Source of the DNA: Gnetum montanum
Lineage: Eukaryota; Plantae; Gnetophyta
Assembly (NCBI GenBank): GCA_015680685.1
Contig: MNCI01000690.1
Location: 336,487-400,486, forward strand
Direction of reading: 5' to 3'
DNA: 64,000 nt
In this document: in pieces, positions 51,278 through 64,000 of the stretch
Layout of the letters: each line of letters opens with the position of its first letter
How positions within the stretch are numbered: the first letter of the stretch is position 1
The notes under the pieces: generated by a model
Seen by the model: the letters and a program-made list of their open reading frames with translations, nothing else
What the model was told of the DNA's origin: nothing
Database searches by the model: none
Program-made: the position numbers and the translations under genes

Positions 51278-52399
51278 TTGAAGAGGTTAGGCTTTTGCTC
51301 TTCTGTTGGTAGCTTTGGGTGATGATCCTTATATTATAAATATATAACTAAGCTAGAGTAAAATCAATTGTATTAGCTAAGTCAAATTGTTTTTTGTAGT
51401 TTGAAAAGCTCTTGGAGCTCATTTTAATTGATAGTGTTCAAAGATAGAACCTAGCCCACTACAATTAAGATGAAATTTGCTAACTTTTAGTCTGGAATTC
51501 CATGTATTGGGCTTCATAAATAGGTATAGCAGTTGTATCTCTAGAGCTTGTTTGGCTACAAGGGTAATCTCTTTCACAAGATGGTAACAATAGGTTTGTC
51601 ATGATTTTAGGGAATGGAGATGTAATTTTTCATTTTTTTCCCCAATACAAAGAAACTCAAGGTTGGTAATTTAACCTTGACCTATATAACAAGGAAGATG
51701 TGATATACCATATAGTGTTTAGCCAAGAACCTACTCCATTATTGCATACTATATAGTGTTCCATCAAAAGCCTACTCCATTATTGCCACACTTGTAAGTA
51801 GTGAGGATATGCACTTGCAGGCCATTTTTGAACTAGCTCTTTTAAAGAATAATTGGAATAATGAATGCTTAAATTTTATTATGTTGCATTACCCATTTAC
51901 AAGACTTGGAACAATTCAATTAAAATTAGTATTTTAGTTAAAATTCAGTATCTTACATAAATTTGGTTTTGTGTAAAATTGTAGTAGAGGTGTTAAAGTA
52001 GGGGTTGAACATGGTGGCAATAAGGTGAAAGGGGTGTTTTGGTTAGTGTTGAGTGTTAGTTATGGCTAGTTAACAAAGCATAATTTTATAGATTTTTCAA
52101 AAAACAAAAGTAATCAAAATTAAATACCATTAGGTTTGTTATTGCTACTCAAGGTTTATTAAGCCATAACTTGGAGCTTCTAAGTCAAGAGGTTTATTAC
52201 CAAGTTTGTTGCTAATACTAAGGGTTTATTGTTGAGGATTTGTTTGTCTATCTGGATGTTGAAGAAGAAAAAAACAACCAAAGTAGTAGTGTTTGAAATC
52301 ATAGATTCTTTGTGTTGTTGGGGAAGCAAACGTGAGTAAATAATAGAAAGAGTCACTCTTTTCAAAATCATAATGGGATTTGATGGTAGCAAAAGTGAA

Positions 52400-55300
52400 A
52401 TGCTTGGATACCCTTGAAGTAGAGTCAAAAATGATGACCGCAAAAATTAAGTAGCTTAAAACCCTTGTGGAGGGTTTTATTGTGCAAGTGAAATTTTTAT
52501 AGAATCATTTGTTAAATAAGCACAAAGAGGTCTTGAAAAAAAGTATAGCTTTGGAATCCAAGATTGGCAACATAGCTCATCCATAGAAGCATGTCTAGCA
52601 TAATAATTTAACTCATACTCCACAAGAGGTGAGTAAAATAATTTTAGACACTAAAGGAGGAAGAGGAAAAATGAGAAAAAACATTAAATCTACATCTAGT
52701 TGGGGTACTTGGAAAGAAGGATGAAATTTTGATTGAAGAAATCACTAAACTACTAGAAGAAAAATTGCATCTAACAGAACAACCCCACATTTTGAAGATT
52801 GTCAGAATAGGTCAAGAGGGAGAAGGAAGTAATCATATTATGATTAAATTTTAGGATGCTAAGGCAAGGATAAAAATTTGGGATAATTGACACAATCTAA
52901 AAAGCAAAATTTTATGGCTAAATGAATACCTTTTGTGTAACTAATACACTAATAAAGTTGAAGAATGGAGAAAGTAAAAAAAGTAAAAGAGGAAGGAAAA
53001 ATTACCTATCCTAGTGTTAAATATGTTGCAGTTATCAAAGATTGTAAATAGGGGTTAAATTCTCACACTATAGTTTTTTAAATATTGAGGGTCCTATAGC
53101 AGATAAACTTATTAGTTTGCATAGTATTTTCTTTTCAATAGATTTGATATTTTTGGGATTACTAAAGCATGGCATGGGGATGACTCCAATGATCTTGTAT
53201 GCCTACATTTTTAGACTTTTTTCTTTCCGTATAGGAAATAAAGTGAACATAGAGGACCTTTTGGTGGCCTAGCTATGTTGATTAGTAGTATCATAAAACA
53301 ATATATAATAGTTAAAAAAAAAGATGAATACAAGCACTATCTTTGGATTCGAGTAGCTCATGAGAAGGTTAGTTTTTTCTTAGCTTTTTATTATTTTTCT
53401 CCTCGAAAAGCTACTTTTTATGTTAAAAAACATTTGCTAAGGAACTTTCCCTATTAGAGCCTTAGGATAAATATTGCTACTTTTGCTCAGATGGGAAAAT
53501 TTTGCATTTATAGGGATTTTAATGCTAGGGTTGGACTTGAACAAATTTCGGTAAGCTTTTGGAATCAACATGGATATTTAGACTATGAGAATAATGTAGA
53601 GTGGAAAAGGTTCTCTAAAGACATACAAGTCAATCAAAGAGGTAGACATTTATTGAATTGGGGTCAAGGTTTAAATTTGGTAATTTTTAATGGGTTACTC
53701 AATATTTCTAATTCTGGTTACTACACATTCATAGGATCACAAGGTTCCTCATGTATTGATTTTTTGATCACCAATATAGAGAGTTTGACTTTTATTAAAC
53801 ATTTTAAAGTATGTGATGAGGTGATTGAGTCTCACCATCGACGATTGTATTTTAGCCTTTTGATAAATTTACAACATTTGAAATAGCAGAGAAAGCCAAT
53901 TTCTTGTATAATAATAGACAAAGTTAAGTTAGATTTTCATGAGGAAGTTTAAAAGCATTGGAATCTTGATATAAAACTTGGAAGAAATTTTGGTGTTAGT
54001 AAACCAACATGTTTCTAGAAAAGCGACAATAGAGTCCTAACCTTGATTTGGTTTTGAATATGTGGTAGTTAGACTTAAATTAAAAACTCCAATAGCTATA
54101 AGGTTTTATAAGAATTTGATTTGAAATAAAAAAAGACAGTTCATCAAAGAAAGATAAGTTACTCCTCTACATGATCAAGAAAGAACCAAGACATTTTTAG
54201 AGGTTGCTTCATCAAAGGAAAAGTTTGAAACCAAAATTTCCCTTTTCTAAGATTATGCAATTTTATTGAAATTTGTTTCAAGGCAAGGGTGAGCTGGTAG
54301 GATATCGCCAAAATAATGGAAACCTTTTCATCTCCTTTGAGGACACTATGTAAGGCATCAAAAGACTAGCCTCAGGTAAAGCAATTGATACAACAGAACT
54401 TTATGTAGAAATGCTAACTTGGAAAGGACCTTTGGTATGGTAGACAATTTAGGAAATTCTAAACCATGCTCTTCAAACTAGTTTAGATACAGAATGGTGC
54501 ACTAACAGAGCTATTTTTCTCTTCAAAAAGGAAAAAAAGATACATTTGATTTAAATAACTACAAGCTAATTGTCATCAGTAATATTTTTGCTAAGATTTT
54601 GGAAATTATTCTTGAGATAAAGATTGGGAAATATATAGAACAAAATAATTTGTGAGCAATTTCACTAGCTAGGTTTAGACATCACCATTCTACTATTAAT
54701 CACCTAATCACATTAAAATATTTTATTGATCGTGCAAAATGGCAAAATAGAAGAACTTTTCTTTGCTTTGTGGATTTTTCTAAAGCATATGATTCAGTTA
54801 TTTGAAGCAAGTTGCGAAAGTGATTACAAGACATAGGTATTCCTCCATATTTGCTAGCTGCTATTCAAAGTCTTTACCTAGATCAATACTCCAATAAAAA
54901 GGTTTTATTACATAGTGATATTGGGGGTGAAACAGGGTTGTCCTCTTTTGCCCATTCTTTTGGTATTTTCATTGATGAACTAGAGGAGTGGATGCAAACA
55001 ATTCTAGATAGATGTTCTATTAAAATTAATGATCACTTTTTCAACCTTTTATTGTATGTTAATAATGTAGCTCTCATCTCCAACTCCAAGGACGGCCTGC
55101 AACAAATGCTAACTATTTTGGATGTTTTTTTTTTGCCAATGTTCAAAAATGAAAGTTAATATGCAAAAAAACCAAAATTATGGTGTGTGGCACTAGGAGT
55201 AATGATTACTCTTTCGCTATTGGAAAGGACCTAGTAAATATGACACAAGCTTATAGATACCTTGGTCTAGATCTTTCTCTCACAATTATAGTTCAGAGAT

Positions 55301-56180
55301 GTGCATTAAACATAGGATTGCAAGTGAATTAAAAGCCTTATTTGATTTAAAAAGCAAATTTTAGAAGGAAACTATCTTAGCCTATGGGTATGTAGTGTGG
55401 GATCCTGGACTTGAGAACAAATATTAAAAGAGAATAAAGGAAGTGTAGAAGCATTTTTTGGTAGAATTTTTTTGTTAAAAGGTAGGTACAATATGATTTG
55501 CTACTTCTTGAAGCTGATATGATGCCTTTAGAGATAGAAGCTCTTTGTCAATTTGCAATATATGTTCATAGTCTCTCATCTAGCACAACAACTAAATTTT
55601 CTAAGGAAGTCTTAGTTTCTAACAATAGAAAGGATGGTTCTACAAGGGAATGATTTGGCTTAAAATAAAACATTGAGATGGATGTTCTACATTGCGATAT
55701 AAGGCATCTCCATAAGAGTATCATAAACAAGACATTTTTGCATATATGGAGTAACCCAACAGGAAATGAACAATTCTATCTAGATAGCATTAGAGGAGGC
55801 ATCAATAAAAAATAGCTTCTTTATATGCTCCTATATCCTATCACCTATGCTATCAAATTAGTCGAGCAAGATTGGGCTCCCATTATTTTCGAATTGAAAT
55901 AGGAAGATGCATCTCAATTCCAAGAGAAGAGAGAACTTGTCATTTATGCAATCAAAAAGCTATTGATCATCACATATTCTTGAAATGTTTTGTTCTTGCA
56001 CAAAGTTCTCACAAATGGAAAATTATAGTTAGTAGTTTAATTAAGCTTTTTGATATAGCATTAAGGAAACTTGGTAACTTTATTGATGAAGTGTTTACTA
56101 CACATACTAGGTATATTTCTTTTATCCAATAGATCCCAAGGGTTTTTGAATGTAATAAAAAGCATTTCAATTTTAGTTTC
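52400..56180 (+). mobile_element. Near-full-length decayed RTE-X-like LINE (ORF1 about 52400-53050; ORF2 APE-RT-Zn ribbon about 53070-56132)
   Basis: ORF1 RIGQ....NHIMIKF....RIKIW...NLK...LWLNEYL. APE DFNARVG...VNQRGRHLL...LVIFNG...YTFIG..GSSCIDF. RT RFRHHHSTINHL...FLCFVDFSKAYDSV and LLYVNN (decayed YADD). C-terminal GSHYFRIEIGR...PREERTCHLC....DHHIFLKC. AATAAA at about 56154. Confidence 0.8.
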
Positions 56181-57032
56181 AAAAAGTACTTAATTTGAAA
56201 AGTAAAAATTTAAAAGTACTTAATTTAAAGAGCAATGTTTAGTAGCATATATTTGTATAGTTTTTTTGTTTAAAAGTTTCCAAGAAATCTTTCCTAGAAA
56301 ATATCATTTATGCCTTTTTATATGCTTAAGATTCTATCCTCCAGAGGACCAAAGTTTACATATTATATTTCAATTTGAAACATGAAGTGGTTTTTTCAAA
56401 TGGTTTGATCACAAAAAAGTTCTTTTTCTTTCCTATTTCTTAGAAATTGTTGCTTTAAGAGAATAAATGAAAGAAAGGTGATAAAGAGACAAAGCCTAAA
56501 GAGTATTTCTTACCAACTATAACCAACTAGCTTGTGATAACAACTTAGCCTTCTACCTAGCAAGTTTGTTATTAATCTTTTGAAAAAGTAGCTTCTAGGT
56601 TTCTTCTTCATACAATCCACCAAGATAGGAAGCCCCAAATACATGGTTGGTAATGAGTTTACTTGACATCCTAATTAATGAGTTGATTCTTGTAAATTTT
56701 ATCAACTTGAAACTTGAACATGATTTTTATTTAAAATGATTATTAAATTAAAAATAATTGAAAACTTCTATTGTGTTATATGCAAGTTTGCTACAAATTA
56801 TGGATTTCCATCAAACAATACAAAGGAGTCATTAACAAATTGAATATGTGTGAAAGAATTACAATTAAAATTTTGCTGGATATCTCTTATAATAATTTTC
56901 TTAAGTAGGATCTTGAACTCTTCATGGACAAAATAAAAATTAAGAGAGAAAGAGGATTATATTTCTATAACCCATTTGAAGATGAAGAATTTTCAAATCA
57001 TTGGTAGCAGTTCTTAAGCTTTTGTATCCAAT

Positions 57033-60000
57033 TGTTACACCCCCAAAATTGTACTTCAAAAATAAACTTAACTATTCCATGGGGCATGTGAAAGATAAAA
57101 TAACTACAAAAAAACCTTTAAGCAAATTAAAAAAACTCCTTTAAAACCATATAAGTCAGATGAAATAACTTGAATAACTTGAGTAACTTAGAATCCACAT
57201 AAAAATTCAGTTTAAAAAACAAATGCCCTTAAGCCTCAAATACAACATTACATCAGAGTTCCATGAAAATATCCATATTCATGCCAAAATAGAAATATCC
57301 CTTATGTGGCCAAAAAATAAAAAGAAATCCATCAAGGACAAGCAATCTTCTAAACAATATTAATCCTTCTTTCAACACCTCATTGTCCTCTTCTAATGCA
57401 TCCTACATAATTTGCATGAAACATGTAAGAAGCATTAACACACCTTCATCGTAGAGGAAATTATGAAGGTCCTTAGAACAAGACTAAAAGATGGGACCCA
57501 TAAACTATAAAACACACTATTAGCCAACAATAATATACAATTATTATAAATCATGAATCACTATTTATCTGGTGATTTTCCATGAGTTACCACACCACAA
57601 ATTGGAATAACTATAAGGTTGATACTAAGTTAGCCATCAAGAACTACTTGGTTGGAAACCTCACCTCTATAGATCACTCTCAGCAATAATCGTTACTTAC
57701 TACTTTTTGTTTAGGCTAACATCAATCCTACAATAGTCTTAAGTCCTAGCTCATCACTATCACCTAAGATTTTGTGATACTAGGTAATAGGCCACTATGT
57801 TGGTAGGCTAACTTTGAAGCTAACTTACCATGATTGACCAATCGATACCATACTAGCTATGGGCCACCACCATCCTTTAAATCTACCCATCTCAAGAAGC
57901 AACAAGGGTTAGTAGGAATAATTAGAAAGTAACCTAAAAAAATATTATAAAATATTAATATATCCATAATACTTGTGAATAATAAGTTAAGGGTTCCAAC
58001 TTCAAGACATACAACCACAAGAGTCCATCAAATATCACTCTATTCTAGAGATCTTAAGTTCTATTCTCAACATACATAAGAAAGGGATATGAGAATACAC
58101 TAGTATAAGCCACTAGTCATAGCATAACCTATTAATATAATATTAAACCATATGATAAAATATAACCTTATGCTCAATCATATAGTATAAAATAAATAAC
58201 AAAGTAAAGATCCTAGTTTCTAAATACCAAAGTGTTACATACTTTCCTACTTTAAGAAATCTTCGTCCTTGAAGATAAGAGAAAGAACCTATCTAGTGCT
58301 TCTTTCTTCTTATACTCAAGTTCTTATTGAGCCTTCAAACATTTCTATAATCTTCCTTGTCTATTAGTTGATTGTTAAATACTGTTGGAAACTTCTTGGG
58401 ATTAGTAGGCTTACTACCCATGCTTCTTCTCCAATAATTTTGGACATTGAGCTTTCAAGTGACCAAGTTCTTTGTAATGATAGCATGCATTCACCTTTCT
58501 TTGATTGATCACCATCAAAAGTTGAGGAATAGGTTGGCTACTCATTTTCTTTTCTTTAGCTTTCTTTTGCTACTAATTGTTATGGTTGGAGATCCTCTTT
58601 GACACTTCTTATAAGCTTCAATTTGAATTCTAGCTTATATTTGGTTATAGTTCACTCTTAATGCTCACAAATGAACTTTCTCATAACCATTCATATTAAA
58701 ATTTTGTGACTAAAACTTGATTTATGGCCTCATTCCCTTATGAAATCTTCTCACTTTGTGCTTTTCATCATTCAATACATGTGGGACATACTCCACTAGC
58801 TCATTAAACTTAATATCATACTCACACGCAAATATCATCTTGTTGCAAGTTATAGAATTTATCCTCATTCTTTTTTCAATAGGCCTTAATAGCAAAGTGA
58901 TTCTCAAGATCCTTCTTGAATGTATTCGAAGTGACTCTTTCTAGATTTCACTTCTTCATATGAAGCAAATTGTTCCACCATAGACTTGTTGCTCCTTGGT
59001 ATTGATAGGCATACAACCTTGTCTTTTGAGTTGGTGAATAATTCAACACTCCAAAAGCCTTATTCATGTTCTCAACCCACTTATGTGTAATTGATGGATC
59101 ATTAGTGCCCTTTAAAGTTGAAGGGCCAAGTTTTCTAAATTTTCTAAAGAACTTTATATCATTGCTACAAGCACTTGCATCTTCATGGTTGTTGTCATTA
59201 TTGTTCAATACGTTGGTGATGATTTGAAATACTTTCTACCATAGTCGGGGCATGTTGGAATCCCAAAATAAATGTAATATGGGAAAATATCCAAAATATA
59301 TAGTCTAATTAGAACTTTATAACTCAGCATTGCCCACCAAAATTGAAAATTGACTTGAAGTTTTCAAATCAAGAGTCTTACCACTAGGCTAACATCTCAT
59401 TGTTAATTGCTTCCATACTTGATTAGCACTTAGTCCACTTGATCCGTTTTACCTCATTTTCTTTTCTTCCTCTCCTAGATGTCATACATCAAAATTGATA
59501 AACTCCAATTAGTAATCTTAAATGATGGTTTAATACCAAGCTTATCATACCCCAAAAAATCATACTTAAAAATAGTTAACTTTAAACATTTCATGAGGTA
59601 TGTAAAAGATAAAATAACCATTTAAAAACCTTTAAGCAAATAAAACTCTTATAAAACTATATAAGCTACATGAAATAACTTGAATAACTTAAGTAACTTA
59701 GAATTCAAATGAAAATCCCTATTTAATAAATTAATGTCCTTAGCCCTAAAATATGATGTTACATTAGAATATCATGGAAAAATACATATTATTTACCAAA
59801 ATACAAATTCCATTAAGTGGCCAAGATATAAAAAGAAATCCATAAAGAATAAACCATCTTCTAAGCAATATTAACCCTCTTTTAGCACCTCATTGTCATC
59901 CTCTAATGTCCATTACATAATCTACATGAAACATACAAGAAGTAAATGATCTTGAAGATCCTTAGAACAAGATTGAAAAATGGGATTCATAAACTATAAA

Positions 60001-60320
60001 ACACAATATTAGCCAACACAAACATATAGTTATCATAAACCAAGGATTACTATTTACCTAGTGATATTCTATGAGTTACTACATCAAACATTTAAATAAC
60101 TATAAGACTGATACTAACTTAAACTAACTATCAAGGATTATTTGGTTGAAAACCTCACCTCTTTAGAACACCCTTAATAATAATTATTACCTATTAGGTT
60201 ACGTTTAGACTAGTATCAATCTTATAGTTATTCTACGTCCTAGCTCATCACTATCACCTTTACCTGTCGAGTTGCATTCATGCTAGTATCAACCTTATAG
60301 TTATCCTAAGTCCTAGCTTC
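57033..60320 (-). mobile_element. Gag-only non-autonomous Tekay/Del-type element (TR-GAG-like): 3' LTR 57033-58239, truncated 5' LTR from 59543
   Basis: Direct repeat of about 750 bp (57033-57770 vs 59543-60260) and PBS TGGTATTAAACC near 59527-59538. Gag FRKLGPSTLKGTNDP...KWV...F....A.LWW with knuckle CYHYKELGHLKAQCP. Tekay-like end CAAGGACGAAGATTTCTTAAAGTAGGAAAGTA-TGTAACA. Confidence 0.8.
59310..59405 (-). mobile_element. tRNA-derived SINE-like insertion in the gag-only element
   Basis: Reverse complement TAACAATGAGATGTTAGCCTAGTGGTAAGACTCTTGATTTG matches 37426-37452 and 37545-37625. Confidence 0.6.
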
Positions 60321-60699
60321 TAGGCAACATGCCACTATAAGCACTAAGATCTTAAATTTTAAGCTCACATAGTTGCATTTGTGAGTATTTTGAAAAATAT
60401 TTTATATTGAATATTTAAATTTGAGATATAATAAAAAAAGTAACATTAATATTAATGTTTTAAAAGCTTCCTTTAAGGCATTAAATAGAAAGAAATGCAT
60501 GCTTCACTATAAAACCCTTTTGGTTAAGGTTAAGCATTTTGATCATGTTTATTTATTTGGTCTAGGTTATAGAATTTTTTGGAGTTGCTAACTAGTTTGA
60601 GTAAGTTGGAAAAGAAAATAGCTTCTTGTCCATGAACTCAAAATAATGGTCAATGATAGTAAAAAAAAAAGTAATTGAAAAATCATTATATATGCTAAG

Positions 60700-61950
60700 A
60701 ACTCAAATACCCTTTCTTTCATTTTTGAAAATTCTCTGTGAAGTATTGCATTAATGTTACACTAATATACATTGTGTGTGTGTAATGGTAGGATAATTGG
60801 GATGTCTCTCCTAGTAGAAAAGAATGATGGAATAACCATCCTCTTTCTATGTGAAGTGAGAGAGATCTTATTTTGTTGTATTGTAGTTACAGTTAATAGT
60901 AGGAATGGTTTCCTCTCTTTTTGGGGTAAAAAATCATTATTGTTAAATGACTCCTTTGATTAAAGAATATAGAGGTAGTTACTAGCATTGCTGTGCTTAA
61001 GGATTCCATTAAAAGTTACCTTGAGATATTTGTAGCTTAGTTTCTATTCAGAGGATAGAAGAGAGAGAAATTTTTGCACATAGATTATTACATAAAGGTC
61101 TACATAATGAAAATACAGTAAACATGCTTGTTTCTAGAAAATGTTTTTTATTTATGACATATTGGAGAAGAAAACGGTAATGCAAAGTACAAGAAAGATA
61201 GACAAATATGTTTAGTGTAATAATGATTTGATTGTAATTAATGATATGATTGACAAGTGGCCACATTATTAGAGGGATTTTTCTTTAGTATGCATGGATA
61301 CAGTGTCATTGTTGTCATTTTTGTAGTCATGCTTTAATGACTAATAAGTGGTTACATTATTGAAGTTTGGAATGTATTGATACATTGTTATTGTTGTGCT
61401 TGAGAAGAAGATCAAATCTTTTGTTATTAGATATAGTAACAATTGAAAATAAGGAGAAATCATTATGAAGATAGTGATGATATGATAGAAAGTAGTACAT
61501 TATGTTATCTTTTTTTTTCACATTTTTAAGAACATGTTCTTATCACTGGTCCTTTCAATAGATTATAAATGGTAACATGCATTTCAATCAAGTGAATGAC
61601 ATGTGTTGATAAGTTTGAATCAATAGAATGACAAGAATTTTTGTTTTATGCAGAAGTAAGTTAGGTAAGAATAATAGATTTGAAAATGCTACTAAACAAC
61701 TCAAATTAGAAATGGCAATGTTAGTTATTTCTAATTTTCAATGTATGTATGACAGATTTATATGTTTTTGTTTATTTAACTTACTTATTTTGGTATGAAG
61801 GTTGTAAGAAAGATAGAATTAATATATGGAGGAGAAAGCATTGGGCTAATGGATGTTGTAGTTGATACTATTTTTAGTAGTGGAGGAAATGTTCTTAGGT
61901 AAGATTATGCCTTTGGATTCTTATTAAGGTATTTTCCTCATGAACTTATT
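60700..61950 (-). mobile_element. Possible highly decayed Helitron-like coding fragment
   Basis: Only faint minus-strand motifs near 61640-61770 (I*ICHTY...NIAISNL), reminiscent of the IC.TC...A..N.L region upstream of Helitron Rep. Confidence 0.2.
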
Positions 61951-62067
61951 ATTTGATCACCATTTGTATCTTGAATAACAAACTAGTACCAAACTTTCTT
62001 GCATCTAAGCAAGTATTATTCTAATAACAGTTAACTTTTGTTATTGTAGCATACTTGTGTGTATCAT

Positions 62068-64000
62068 TAATGAATCACATTTTTCATCTACTCTAGCATT
62101 AGGTATTCAATGTTGGACCCTCAATGTTAGGTATTTGATGTTGGAGCCAAGATGCAATGTTAGATATCCGATGTCATAGGATATATGTGGGCCTATAAAT
62201 ATAGTGCTTGGGCTCACTATTTGATAATAGTTTTTCAGTCAAAGTAGTAAAGCTCTTGCACTTTGTTTTCTCTAGAGTGCCCATAGTAGGAGTAGAATAT
62301 TTTTTGAGTGCCCATAGCAAGAGTTTAAGTGTGTACAGATTTTGTTTGAACACTGATGTACCTGAGTGTAGCAATGTGATAGGAATAAAAATGAACCCTT
62401 TTGATAATCCTTGTAGCACTAAGAATAGATTAATGTTTCCTTTAATGCACTTTACTTTAATGCATTTAAATTAAGCAATTAATTTCTAGTTGTTAATGAA
62501 CACAAGCACAACCACTTCAAGCATACATATAGTGCTTGGTGACCTAGCAACACTTAACATTTGGTAGCCTGGCAATGCTATATGTGTTTAGGATGTGTTC
62601 AGGAAAGTGGGACGAGTACTTGTATTAGGCTAGCTAGGCTAGTTTAGATCTTATTTTCCACTGTTCATTAGCTTAGTTAATTTATCTCTTTATCATCATC
62701 AAGAGTAGCATAGAATTAGACAACGTCATATGCCTCACTTTGGACTAAACCATACATGACAAAGCTACCACTAGTCCAAGTGGGAAGATAGTGAATTGCA
62801 ATCAAAGCTTAACAATCTAGATACCACAACTAGTTCCATCTATGAAATTTGACTGAATCATGTGTGAATTCTTGTGATTCGTATGGTTGGACGTAGGGGT
62901 ACCTTTCCACTCATCATTGGCACCATTACCAAGGATTATGCTAGTTATTTAGATTACTTATATTATACATGATCACTGTAAAGGTATTAACGATATATCT
63001 TTTAGAAAATATTAACTCACACACACGATAAACCAACAACGTCTCTCTCACACAAAAGTGATAATTCACTATATAGCAAACACATTCATTGGAGAACTAA
63101 TGAGATATACAATGAAGAAAATTGGAGTGGCCAATTTTATGCAAGGGTTTCTTATGATCATGACCACCCTAACAACACTCAAAGACTACATTCACCTAAG
63201 GTAGACAATCTTGGAGGAGATGATGTAAGTCCTAAACTAGGGAAGGCCTCAAGGCCTAAGACCTCATCTAAACCTAAACAAGATAAATTAAGGGACCAAA
63301 GGGAGAACTATAGAAGCCATGGTAATTCTCCCAATTCCTCATATTCCTTTTCCTCTTCAACATCTAGTTCTAATGAAGATGAACATAGGTATAGAGATAA
63401 AGCTCCACTATGAGGTCAAGATAAAGATAGAAATTAGACCCAAGGGCAAAATCAAAGATATCACAAGAAGCATAGACAAGATCATCACAATCAAATGAAT
63501 AGAAATTGAAATTTTCATCACAACATGTTTGATGATGATGAACCCTTGTTGGCCATTAAGAGCCTAATGGAAATCATGGAGGTATTTAAGATACCTCATA
63601 GGAATCACAGGGATAGTCGCTTACCTAGGCTTGATATAAACAATATCCCTAAATTTATGAGAGGCTACAACTCAGATCCACAACATCATATATATGCATT
63701 CCATGATGCTTGTGCCTTGTACAATATTGAAAATGGATGGCAAAAGCTTAAGCTCTTTCCTAGGACACTATTGATGAAGTGGAAGGTTGGTATAGATTGT
63801 TGGAACCAAGTTCCTTTCACCAATGATCCACAATGCTGGAGCTATTCAACAAGAAGTACGAAACCTATGTGAGGGTGTCCAATCTGAGAAGATAGATCCA
63901 AGAGTGAACGCAAGAACAACATGAACCCTTGGACATGGCCTTAGATAGATATTATGCCTTACTAAATAGATGCCCAGTCCATGGTTTCTATGAGGAAAGG
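62068..64000 (+). mobile_element. Athila element 5' end: LTR 62068-62916, tRNA-Asp-type PBS, decayed gag running off the window
   Basis: The LTR ends TCATCA and has TATA CCTATAAATA at about 62192. PBS TGGCACCATTACC is a decayed TGGCGCCGTTGCC. Gag IPKF.....DPQHHIYAFHDAC....KLKLFPRTL. Confidence 0.85.

Overview
AT-rich land-plant nuclear DNA. There is one host gene: a 15-coding-exon homeobox-DDT gene of the RINGLET3 (RLT3) type on the + strand (about 38.4-50.5 kb). It sits among nested, decayed retrotransposons: a Tat/Ogre-type Ty3/gypsy 3' end, SIRE-type Ty1/copia, at least seven Athila-type LTRs plus internal regions, a chromodomain-bearing CRM-like element, a gag-only Tekay derivative, a small two-LTR copia-like element, an L1 LINE, two RTE-X-like LINEs and tRNA-derived SINE heads. 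The main observation is that the RLT3-like gene appears to have lost its homeodomain. The exon for helices 2-3 has two in-frame stops, a W-to-C change and no in-frame acceptor, yet skipping it leaves an unbroken 1089-aa frame that also carries a 4-5x peptide repeat I do not recall from Arabidopsis RLT3. Other notable items: (1) a DNA-repair scar that copied 229 bp of 3' flank into an Athila element, (2) an 87-bp tandem amplification of a LINE endonuclease GDFN motif, (3) CpG-decayed palindrome arrays in the LTRs of four unrelated lineages, and (4) recombinant LTRs. All family assignments come from motif recognition by eye. No database searches were run and TE boundaries are approximate unless TSDs are given.
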